Shown: positions 13,801-25,237 of the stretch, one piece after another
Layout: each line of letters begins with the position of its first letter
Position numbering within the stretch: the first letter of the stretch is position 1
Source: Paramecium tetraurelia
Lineage: Eukaryota
NCBI GenBank assembly: GCA_000165425.1
Contig: CT868042.1
Span: 1-64,000, forward strand
DNA: 64,000 nt
Direction: 5' to 3'
Made by a program: the position numbers and the translations under genes
The notes under the pieces: generated by a model
The model's input: the letters and a program-made list of their open reading frames with translations, nothing else
What the model was told of the DNA's origin: nothing
The model's database searches: none

Positions 13801-16800
13801 GCTAAAACACACCTTTTGAGAATTGTACAAATTCATTATCAGCTATTTGTTATAAAAAATATTATGAAAATGTCTGTATAAATGCTTGGTAACAGCCATT
13901 ATAATCTGCTGAGTGTACTTCAGTCTAAGGAAAAGGATTAACTTTTGCTTACTGTTTAAAGATAAGTTAAGGGTAATGTTCAGTTAATACATCTGAAACA
14001 AGTTGTATAACAATGAGAGGGTAGTGTTAGGAATATAGCTAAGAGGAGTGTGTATCAACTAATTATCAAAAGTGCATTTATTCAGAGACATTACTATAAT
14101 GTATTCCATTTTATATTGGAATTAACTCTTGCTCAGAAATAAAATTATATCAGCTAGAAGTTATATCAGATTTATTATGTAGAGAATTTCATGACTCATG
14201 CAGAGCACTTTGTGATGGATCTGGATGTTATTCAAATTATATACTTGATTGTGATAAGGCAATCTTACCATTTACATATTATAATTGCTTTGTATTTTCT
14301 CAATTCTGTTCAGTTAATGTTGCAAAGACCTAATGCATTCCTGCAAAAAACACATGCACTGAATATTCATTGATTGATTGTGTTCATGCAATTGATGAAG
14401 GTGAATGCATGGTAGTTGGAGAGTCTTGTGTCTAAAAGGGGTGTGATTATGTTTCAAATAGAATTAATACTCCTTAGGATTGCTACTAGATTTCAGCAAA
14501 TTGTGGTTACAGAGATGATGGATGCTAGAAAAAACGAGAATGTAGCTAATATTTATTGAAAAAATCTTGCATTATAAATTAATAAGATTAAGACTGTTTG
14601 TGGAATCCAAATACAGCAAAATGCGTAAATAAGTCATGTGAAAATGCTGAGGCTTCAGAATATTTTGATAGTCATGAGGAATGTATTTAAGTTGGAAGAT
14701 GCACTGTGAAGGCATCCAACGATGTTACAGTTGGTTAAGGATGTATTTCATGGGGACCTTGTAGATCATATGTAATTTAAGAATAATGTGTACGGAATTT
14801 ATTAAATGAAGATTGCATTTGGAATACTAATGTAATTCCCGCAAAATGCAGTGATAAGTCTTGCGAGACAGCCGAACTATTCAGAGATGATCATGTAGAG
14901 TGTTAGTTATATTTAAACAAATGTACTGTAAGAGTCATAGAAATAGATGGAATATATGTAAGTTAAGGTTGTATTTCCCTTAAACTTAGTTGTAATTAAT
15001 ATACTCATTAAAACTAGTGTATTATTGATGCATCTGGTAATATTTGTGGTTGGAATGGTAATTCATGTGAAAATCAAAGTTGCAAAACTGTACCAACTTA
15101 CTTAATCACTCCTCAATTGTGTTAATAGTATTTTGAGAATTGTACAATCAATTCTACTGATTCTGGATGCACTTAAACCCCAGATACCTGTGAAGAGATG
15201 ACTCAAAACTAATGTTATTATGGGGCTATTAACATCTAATAGCAAGAATGCCTTTGGGATCAAAGTTAAATGAAATGCATTCTTAAAACATGTGAATTAA
15301 TACCGATTTCATATTCAGAGTATGAATGTTCAAGTTTTCTAAATTATTGTACAATGAGTGCATAAAGATGTAGAAATGCAATTTGTGAGGACTTTTCATT
15401 AGCATTAGATGAACAATGCAGTAATATCATGTCAACTTGTACTACCAATGGGGTTTACTGTGTCAAAAGGGGTTCTTGTCTATAAGCATAATCAGAAGCA
15501 GGTTGTGTGACTGATGTTCAGGGGAGAGAATGTGCATGGATAAATACATAATCCCATTGCATAATCAAAAGTTGTGAAACAGCTCCATTAGATTTCAATA
15601 CTGAATAATTATGTTAAGGGTATTTTAAACCCAAAGAAGGGTCTTGCACAACTACTAAATCTGGAGGTTGTGTTCTCAAAGGCACTTGTTTTGATGCTAA
15701 CATATAGGCTGCATGTACAACCAGTAACATTGGAGAGCTCTGTGTTTGGGATGAAATCTTAAATATATGTAGAATCAAATAATGTTAAGACTATCTTGGT
15801 TCTACACATAAAGAATGTCAGAGTAAAAGACAATAATGTACTGTGGGATTAGGTTCAAGATGTGTAAATATTAGTACTTGTTAAGATACCAAATTCAAAG
15901 CGGCTTGCATCGAAGGTACTGATGGACCTTGTTTATGGATAAGTAGATATAAAAATAAAGATAATACGCTTGGTGCTTGTTTTCGATATGATTCATGCCA
16001 AAGTTTAAAATGGAACTCCCATGCTTTATGCTAAGAGATTTCTGCCAAATGCACAACTGATGGAGATTAATGTGTGCCAATTACAAATTGCAATCAAACT
16101 AATCTAAAGGGATGTGTAATTGGTGTTGATAACAAAGGAATTTAAACCTGTATTGTAACTACAGAGTCTTTAGATTCAAAATAGAATATCTGTAAATTAT
16201 TTAATAAATGTACAGATATTTATTATTTAACTCATGAACAATGTTAACAAGCATCCTCTCAATGTACCTCTGATTATCAAAACGGCTGCATTTCGTTAAA
16301 ATCATGCTTTGAATACAAAAATGGATAATGTCATATCAATAATATGGGAATTCTTAAAGATGGTAAGGGATAAATATTATCAACTGGAATCTGTGTTTGG
16401 GATTAGATGCAATAATAATGTCGAGATGAAGACTGCTCTGATCTCCCATTTATAACTCATCTTGAATGCTAATCAAGACTGACTTATTGCACCACTAATG
16501 GCAAAAAATGCATTCTCAAAGAACAATGTTTATCTTATTTGTCATAGGATGTTTGTTAGAATGCAGAAGGACTAGACGGTAAGTGTTTTTGGGAAACTGC
16601 ATATGATAAGACTTTGGAGAAATGTAGAAAAATGGAGTGTGAAGATATCCCAAATGGATATATCACTTCATCATGTAGAGTATTAGAAAATTGTATATCA
16701 GATGGCCTATAATGCATTAGTAAGGTTAATTGTTCATATTATAAATTTAAATAAAGTTGTAACTCTTAAGGATAGGATGGAATCTGTGTTTGGATTGAGA

Positions 16801-17198
16801 CAACAGAATAATGTAAATTGATGGAAAATTGTGAATCTGCAAACTAAGACTAAAATGCATGTAAACTAGCTAAAGATAGGTGTTATTGGGAGTCAGCAAA
16901 GTCTTTGTGTTAAAGTCATACATGTCAAACTTATTTTGCTTAAGTAGGAAGATGTAAGAATTTTTATTCATGGGATTATTAAAATATTAATTTATGTCAC
17001 TATCTTGGAAAAAAGTGTGTTTCCATCAATATTAACACTCTTAAATCTTAGGATTGTTACATCAAGACAGCCGAACATTATAGATGGGATCCATATAAAG
17101 GCTAATGTACTTCATGTGAAAAATCTGTTAGATTGATAACTGAATTTAGTGATATTCTTGGCCATCTATTACTAATATTATTCATATTGATCTATTGA
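10899..17198 (+). CDS. Paramecium surface (immobilisation) antigen family, Cys-periodic protein, 2099 aa, probably GPI-anchored
   Basis: 6300 nt from ATG to TGA, apparently intronless. Signal peptide MNKLLIFVSVLLFINC. Periodic C..W....C.DK.C.NAP....T...C...L..CT....GC units. Hydrophobic C-terminus ILGHLLLILFILIY. Confidence 0.9.
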
Positions 17199-18640
17199 AT
17201 AATTTGCAAATATAAATTAAATCATAAATTTAAACCAATATTTATTAATAGAATGCTTAGTTAAATATATAATAAATTTTTATATTAAACAATTCTAATT
17301 ATCTATTATGTGATAATTGTGCATTAAGAGATAATAATAATAATGTAATTGAGATTAAATCATATAAATAGCAACCACATATATGATGTTATAAATAGAT
17401 ATTAGAATAAAAATTAAAGGCTTTGGTCTTTAAGGAAATAACTATTATGATTGCTCATAAGATAATAATATATTATTTATTTCATGCTAATCAATTATTC
17501 CATCTTTTTCGGACTGATTCCATTATATTCTATGTAAATTATTCCAAATTAACGCCTTCTTACTCTTTTTATTCTGCTGCTTGTAATGCAGCTGATAATG
17601 CCATCAAAATCTACGACATGCTCTTATGTTAATACCAAGAGTTGTTTTTCTTTGCCGCACCGCATTAAAATGAGGCATCTTTAATAAAATATCCTGAACA
17701 GTCTTTTTAGTGATTTTCACAGAAAATATCGCCAAACTCACTGATGAATGATGGTTTTCCACATTATTTATGATGCCAATTTCTTGGACTCCCAGAATCA
17801 CATACGCAACCTTTAGGGCATTAAAATATCAAAGGAATAACTATTCCCTTATTAAGATTTTCTTTAGGTTAATCTTTAGATAACATATATTAAAAATAAA
17901 TAATCAGAAAGGACAAGGTCAACATATCTATATAATAAAATAATATTCTATTGCTAGTTTTTAATATCAATGTTTAAAAAATCTATAATTCTTTATATTA
18001 AATGGTTTCAGTCGATGGAATGCAAGTAGCAAATATTAGAGTTAACAATAATATCGAACTAATATGACCAATGAACATAAATTTAGAATTTAATAAAACA
18101 ATTCTTGTTTTCTCTCCATTTAATTAAAGTCTATTTACTTTAAAAAAATCATTTTTTTCTACAAATTCATAAAAATCTATCAAAAGAAATATATTTCAGC
18201 AATACTGGGGTGGGCTATGAAATTAAAACCTCCTAAAAGTACATAAATTTATAAACATTGATTTTCTATTGTGGCCCTTGTTATATTGATTGATTATCAA
18301 GGAGAGTTGAAATATTAATATAGTTCAATTATAATTTCTATTTTGAATGAATACAAAGTTTGATTCCAAATTATATACATCTTCCTTGAATATAAATTAA
18401 TTAACACATATTTTATTATTTAATTATAAAAATAATGAATTTAATAAATATCAATATTTGGCTTTCTTAGTTTATACCATCTTTAGCATTGTTTATTAAG
18501 TTAAATTTGAATATTAAGAAGGATTCAATTATTATTACTGTTATCCATCAAGCGAAAATACGGAATTCATACCTCCTTATGTATTATTATTAACAACTAT
18601 TTAACACAACTACTTGGAACCATAAGAATTGTATGATATG
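16622..18640. repeat. Source copy of an inverted segmental duplication (partner ~49015-50575)
   Basis: Reverse complement of 49.0-50.6 kb aligns by eye to the surface-antigen 3' end, the intergenic DNA, the small Cys/His gene, its upstream region and the vWA 3' end. Example: ctaaagataggtgttattgggagtcagcaaa is present in both. Confidence 0.9.
17491..17886 (-). CDS. Small Cys/His-rich (putative Zn-binding) protein, 131 aa, copy 1
   Basis: Intronless code-6 ORF MLSKDQPKENLNKGIVIPLIFQCPKGCVCDSGSPRNWHHKQCGKPSFISEFGDIFCENHQKDCSGYFIKDASFQC...RKRWNN. Frame supported by the paralogue at 49429. Confidence 0.88.
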
Positions 18641-20472
18641 CTTTTAGTAGCTTCCTTTGCTTAATTTAAATCCTATATGATTCCAGCACATTCTAAGACA
18701 ACTTTATTGTTTTTTTTCGATATTTGTATCGTCATATCATCGAGTAATCTTTAGGCATCTTCAAAATTATTTTATTCACAAGCTCTCTTTGCATCATCAA
18801 TTGCTTATGTTCCTTTTACTCTCATATATTGAGAATACACGTCTATGTTTTCCTCAATAACTCCTACATTCTCATTCTCATTAAATAGAGTTAAGTTCAG
18901 GGCAGCAGATTTTTGAATAATCTCTCCACTTAAAGGATCTTTCAATTTTAAACGGGCTTCAAGTACCTTTACAACTCTTTCTTGATCTTAAATTTTAGAA
19001 TAAATATAAGGTATCTAAATTTCAAATACAAAATCCTTTCTTGTACCTGATGCTAATTGAGGTATATTTATTTCATAGGCATGTTCTCTCTTTTTCCACA
19101 TATTCCCATATGTTTTTGAAATCTATACATCTTACAGAGGTTTTGTTAATGTTAAAGAAAGACTTATTTAAATTTATTCTGCTATCACAGAAACTATTCC
19201 TCCTAAAGCATGGGCAAAAAATTCATCTAATAATGTGATATCCTTAACATAATAAAAATTTCCATTCTTTAAATTACTTATAGATGTCATCATTTATGCA
19301 TCATGATCATCACCAAACCCAAATGTTGAGATTGTAAAAACTTCCTTAACATGTCTAATTTAATCAGATATCTCAAACAGGGCGTCTCCATCATGTCCAT
19401 CGGATAGCAAAAAAACAGAGGTCACATTGTTTCTATAGACCTTTTCCTTTAATTATTTAAATGCTATATAAGTAGCACTTGAAATTTTGGTCAATCCTTC
19501 TGCACTGATTTATGAAATAACTGCTTGAAAATATTGTTTATTTTTCTCTGTTAAACACTTTAATGGAGTTAGTCTTTATGCATGTTCATTAAAAGTAATG
19601 ATTTGTAGTCGGTCTTGTTCGCCTAAAAAATCAAGTAGTAGTAATAAGCTTTTTTTAACCATATTTATATTGTCTCCGCTCATGCTCATACTTTTGTCTA
19701 TTAAGCAGATCTAACGTAAATGATAATAAATACCAAATCAATTCCAATAGTTCTTTCAGTCATTTCTGTTTAATTTTCTTTTGTTTTAATACTTATCATT
19801 GCAGGAATATACTCTGATTTATAATTTGATACTTTGCAACTAGTTCTAAGGGAATTGATTTCAAAAGCAATAGATGATTATAAATCATATTTGTTTTTGT
19901 TTTATAATTTTGCACTTTGTTTTTGGATCAATTGTTCATCGTCATCACATCTTGGTATTTTCTGTATGTATTTATAATTCATTCTCATTTAAGGAGTCAA
20001 CATTTACATCTGAGGTTAGAATTAATCTGGAAACTGAATAGTACTTTAATTGTCTTTATATAAATTATTTTTTAATTTTGGAAGAGTATTTTGTTGAGTA
20101 TTTTATTAAGAAGGCTGAAATCTTAAAAGATTGCTTAATTGAACCTAATCTCCAATCTAGTGAAATTAGTTATTAAACATAAATTCTTGAACTTTATTGT
20201 TTTACTTGAAAGTAGGCATTCGATCCCAATTTACATTATTCTTCTGCTAATGCTACATCATACCAGAAAATCTTTCCGTATCTATATTTTTGAATATGTT
20301 TTGATTCATTTAAATATTCTGATTTTTCAATCCATTTAGAGTCATCTTTTGTGGCAATAAATTCTGTAAGTTATAGTCAAATTTGCTTGAAGAATTGTCC
20401 CTTACATCTCTATTTTTCGCTTTTAGGACCTTCCTGTGTTTGTGTCTAAAGTTAAGCTTGGATATTGTTCAT
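18451..20472 (-). CDS. von Willebrand factor A domain protein with Q/N-rich N-terminus
   Basis: DDDE motif, then GIDL|ICLIDKSMSMSG (MIDAS DxSxS), VFLLSDGHD, TFGFGDDHDA. 23-nt intron near 19712-19734. TGA at 18451. 5' exon structure uncertain. Confidence 0.85.
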
Positions 20473-20593
20473 AGAACTGATTATTAATATATTTAAATAT
20501 AGAGAAGAGAAGTTTCAATTTTATTCTTTTTATATTTAAATCTGATGATTTCGGATCGTATTATAATATATTTTATTAAACTTAATGATTTGT

Positions 20594-23006
20594 TCATTTA
20601 CAATTATGGTAATCATTTTGATTCCTTTTACTCCCCAAGTCCTTTGCTTATTTAAGAAATTATAGATATAAAATAGAGTAGAGGGAATGATTTTAGAATT
20701 TAATCATAAGAGTAATTATTGCAATTCTTAATAATTATTTGATAGCAATAATCATCATAAATTCTATTTTAGTTTTCTCCCTTAATAGCTCCAGCTTTCT
20801 GATAGACGAAAATATATTATTGATTTTCTTAGCATTTTCTATTTTGATAGCAATAGCCCTAATGATTTAATTAATTAATAACATTTAGTTGTAATTAATC
20901 TCTAATTTTCAGATCTTTTCATTCCTTAATCAACGTAATACATTGATTCAAATAGATTTTTTTAACTTAGTAACTCCTCAGCTATTTATTATAATTTAGA
21001 CTACCAAGGGCTAGATAAAACTCTGGATCATTTTAGTTTTTCTCTAAACCAAACTTTAGACAAGCGACAGCTTCATTTTTCCTTCCCAACTTCTTTAGTA
21101 ATTCACCTTAAACAATTTGAATAATTTCTACCTTTTTTATTATAAAACACCACATCACTAGGATTTCTTGATATTCCTTCATCCCAACAATGAAGAGCTT
21201 TTTCTGCATTTTCTGATAGTGGTATTGTGGAAGCTAACTATTATATTTTAAATACTCTATTCATTTTTGCATGATTCATCATCAAATTTATTAGAACCTT
21301 CTTAATCTGAACTCCAAGCTTTCTTCAGCTGCTACTAAATTTTCAAGTTTCATTAAAGCATAACCTAATATTGGATATCAATTTACAATTTTTATTCATA
21401 AAACGAAAAATTATGAGGGTTATTCAATATTCCTTGATCCCAACATTGAAGTACTTCTTCATTTCTTTCCAGTGTCTCTAAGGCTGTAGCTAAATATGTA
21501 ATTATTAATGATCCTACCTTTTGAATAGTAAAAGTTTTCATTATGAATGTTACTCTGAATTCCATCATCCCATACTTTGAGAGCTTCTTCATATCTATGT
21601 AATCTCATTAGCACATCAACTAAAGTTTTGATATTCTGCTTACATTTTCCTTCATAATAATTAGAAGAATCTTTTTAGATTTCTATTCCACGTTACCAAC
21701 ATTCAAGTTCTTCTTCTACTCTATTCAATCTTTTTAATTAATAAGCTAAAATTCATTAAAAACTAATTACCTTTACTAAAATAAAATTGATAATCAGTAG
21801 GGTTATTTTGGATACCAAATTCAAGACATTCAATACAATCTTAATTTCTTCCTAAGTCTTGTAATATTTCACCTAATTGTATAAGCACAATTTATAACAT
21901 TTATAATTATAAAACTCAATCTTAGTTTTATTTTAGCTTATTCCATAATCTAAACAATTTATAACTTGTTATTCTTCTCCTAGTTTAAGTAATACATTAA
22001 CTAAAATATTAAATATTAGTATATCAAATTAAACCTTTTTTAGTATAAAAGCTAATTTTCTATGGATTTGATTCAATTCCAAACTACATACAATTAGCAA
22101 CTTCTTAAATTCTATTCAATTTGGTTAAAAGGTTTGCTAATCTTTTATTTAAATTAAGATTACAAAAAGCGTCATAAAATTTTAAGGAATTTTAATTTTT
22201 TGATAATCCAAACCACCAGCAATCTACTGCTTCTTAATACTTACCTATTGATTCTAAGTACATTGCTATTTTTCAAGTATGATCAATACATTTTGCATAA
22301 TAAAAATCTATGTTGTTAATATTATTCATGACTCCCCAATCCCAACATTACAGTATCTCTTTATCTTTACCTAACTTTTTTAATATATTAGCTAATTGTA
22401 TTTCATCTTGATTTACTATAGGCAAGATAGTCTCTGATATTATTTAAACATAGAATTTTCTTTCCTATCATCCAATCCAAATCTTCGCGATCATCTATTA
22501 ATTTATCAAATTTATTTATAGTTGCTAACCAATCAAGCTAAGATTATTACATTAAAAATTATAACTTGAAATTTAAGAAAGCTCAAACTCAACCAAACTA
22601 CAATTCTTGTTTAAATGCATCCATTTATTTATGCATTCAATGACCTCATTATCTCTACCCAATTTCTTTAAAACATTTACTTTATAAATTTATCAAATAC
22701 TTTTTGCCTTATAAAACTCTATGTTTGTTTGATTCTACTCAATTCCAAAATCCCAGCATTTGATTAATTCCTCATAATCATTATTTCTCATTAATGCGGC
22801 AGCTACATCTAATGGGGAAATACCTTTTTCTTCATAGAACCTTATATCTTATACATTTTCTAATATTTTCTAATCCAAAATATTAAGAGCTTCCTTTAAT
22901 TACCCTTTCTTTTCTAACAGTTTGCCTATTTGTTAGACCATCTATTAATACTTTTTAATATTAAATTAGCATAGATTTGTTGATTAATGAATCTTGAAGG
23001 ATACAT
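20594..23006 (-). CDS. TPR-like repeat protein with recurring CWD.GI motif, about one intron per repeat
   Basis: Repeats such as ALMRNNDYEELIKCWDFGIEQNQTNIEFYKAK, with short introns after the terminal K. Exact stop position approximate. Confidence 0.75.
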
Positions 23007-23693
23007 CTTTAAAAAAATAAATTTATCAAAAAATATTATTGAATTATTATATTATCAATTAAAATTAGCAGATAGGGATATATTTGTGATAATTATAATT
23101 TCAACTATAATCTGATATAAATAAAGGATGATTCAAAACCTATAATTTAGATACTGTTAATAATAAATTTCGTATTTTTATTTCAAAGTTAATTTAAATT
23201 ATAACTTTAGAATCATTAAAATATTTTTAGAATAACCTGTGAGTTATAATTGATTGTTCAACTCTCAACAAAACTAAACAATAGTAGGAAAAGAGCCAAT
23301 TAATTCGAAATTAAATGAAAATTCAGATTTGCATATTTTTTGATATTTGTTTATTCATCTATATATGTATTTTAATTTTTTCTCTGAAAATCATGTGAGT
23401 GTCTAATTATATTTTATACAAGAGGGTAAATAGATAATTTAATAAAAGTTATATATTTAGATTGTTTATTAGTGTAAATTAATTCATCAATACATCATCA
23501 ATGATAATTTAAGCATTAAGAAATAATTAGAATGGTGTTAAAATGAGTTATTATGAATGGTATTTGCATTTTAATTATATAAAAATGAGTAATAAGATTC
23601 TCTGATGCAAACCGGTTGTTTTGTATTATAAAATTTAATACATAAATTTTAATTCCGGTGTTCCCTTTTTTAAAAATTAATATCTTAATAAAA

Positions 23694-24437
23694 ATGTTCT
23701 AAGTCTAATACGATGTAATTTCAGAGTTCGAACAGGATAGAAACAACAGTTTTTAGGATGAGGAATCCAATATCAACATATTCACTTAACATTAACTTGG
23801 CTTATTCAAAAAACCAAGTTACTTCGTTGAAAGTGAAGAGTTTAACCTAAAGAATAATTGTGAATGTTCTACAGCTGAGTAGACTGAGTCGTCTGAACAC
23901 TCTGACAACTCTTTTGAGGATATTCCATCACCAAAATTCCCTTCAAAGCAACTTCCTCCTCCAATTAATGCTGATCAACATTTGTTTAATTTGGAGATGA
24001 ATTACTATCCAAGCATCTCTCAGGAGAACTTTCTCTTGAATTTCATTAACTAAGAGGACCTCCAAAGAATAAAAATTGGTTTAGATTATAAGATTTTGGA
24101 TGATCCATAAACTTTAAAATTCGAAAATTGGGTTTAATAATTGTGCAACACTAAAGCCAATCAAAAAGAGATGCAAAGGAAACTGAAAGTAAAGAAATAC
24201 TTGGAGAAAAAGCACAGCAGAACTAGTTTTGAGAAGAAAGTGCATTATCAGATCAGATAGAAGGTGGCAGAGGAGAGACTGAGAATTAAGGGAAGATTCG
24301 TCACTTGGAAACAGGTACAATATCAATATATAGTGTAGGCTATTAAAATGTTAGAGAAATCGGATACTAAGAGAGAGTGGACTAATAGTGATTACTTCAA
24401 AATAAAGATCTTGTTAAATGAAAAGTACGGGCAATGA
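23694..24437 (+). CDS. CCT-motif protein
   Basis: Acidic/Ser-rich N-terminus, then RKLKVKKYLEKKHSRTSFEKKVHYQIRQKVAEERLRIKGRFVT, matching the CONSTANS/CO-like/TOC1 motif (R..KGRF). One intron near 24315. Confidence 0.88.
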
Positions 24438-24664
24438 AAAAGAATTGCAGGTTCTGATTTTTCACTTTATTTGTTTATATGTTTTTCATTATAGAATTAT
24501 AGTTTTTAATGGCATGCTCAAATGTCAATATAAAATTTAAATTGTTCAAATAACTAAGTAGCTGTTAGAGAATGAGAGTGATGAAAGGAAAGGTATGGTG
24601 ATGTTGGGAAGCATGCTGAGAGTTTGTTTCTAATTTCATTAATAATTGTTTATAATAAAATTAA

Positions 24665-25183
24665 ATGAACTCGAACCCTCCTCCTGTGATCATTTTGTAT
24701 AGGTAGAGTCTCAATGTAATTTAATTTAACTCACATCATAGGACCCAGAGAAGAAGAATTTCAGCAAGTTGTGGTAGTAAGAACCGATTGAAGTGAAAGA
24801 AGTATGAAATGATTATGATGAGTGAATAGTTTTTTTCAAATTTATTTCAGGCTTTGAAATATTCAAAAGATGGTATGGCACATACGATTTTCGAATTGGA
24901 GACTAGTGATTCCCATTCTGAGATTTCTGAGATTAATTGGAAAAATTAAGGATTTATTAGTGAATAGAGTAATTCTATGTAAGAATTGCTAAATATTTTG
25001 GAAATAGAGAAATTACCAATACAGTCTGCATTTTTGGAGAACAATTCAATAAATTCAATAGCGTATGATATAATTTAAAAGGTTAGATAATTGTGTGAAA
25101 GAATGAAAACTCTGAATATCAACGAAGAATTGAGTCACAAAATAAATGATAGCTTTCTCAAGATTTAAAAACTTCGTAAGTGA
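24665..25183 (+). CDS. Hypothetical protein (~145 aa)
   Basis: Continuous frame after removing three short GT..AG introns. TGA at 25181. Start uncertain. Confidence 0.6.
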
Positions 25184-25237
25184 AAAATAAACATTGATTT
25201 TTGATACTACAATAAATTTAATATTTAATATTAATTA

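Noticed and set aside
17290..17370. ~80-bp indel between the duplicated intergenic regions as a retained IES
   Set aside because: Could not place TA-bounded ends with the TAYAG consensus. An ordinary deletion is sufficient.
20364..20405. In-frame TGA (20377-20379) near the vWA gene start as selenocysteine or readthrough
   Set aside because: A 42-nt GT..AG intron or an alternative upstream frame joined by a 23-nt intron removes it. No redox-motif context and no SECIS recognised.
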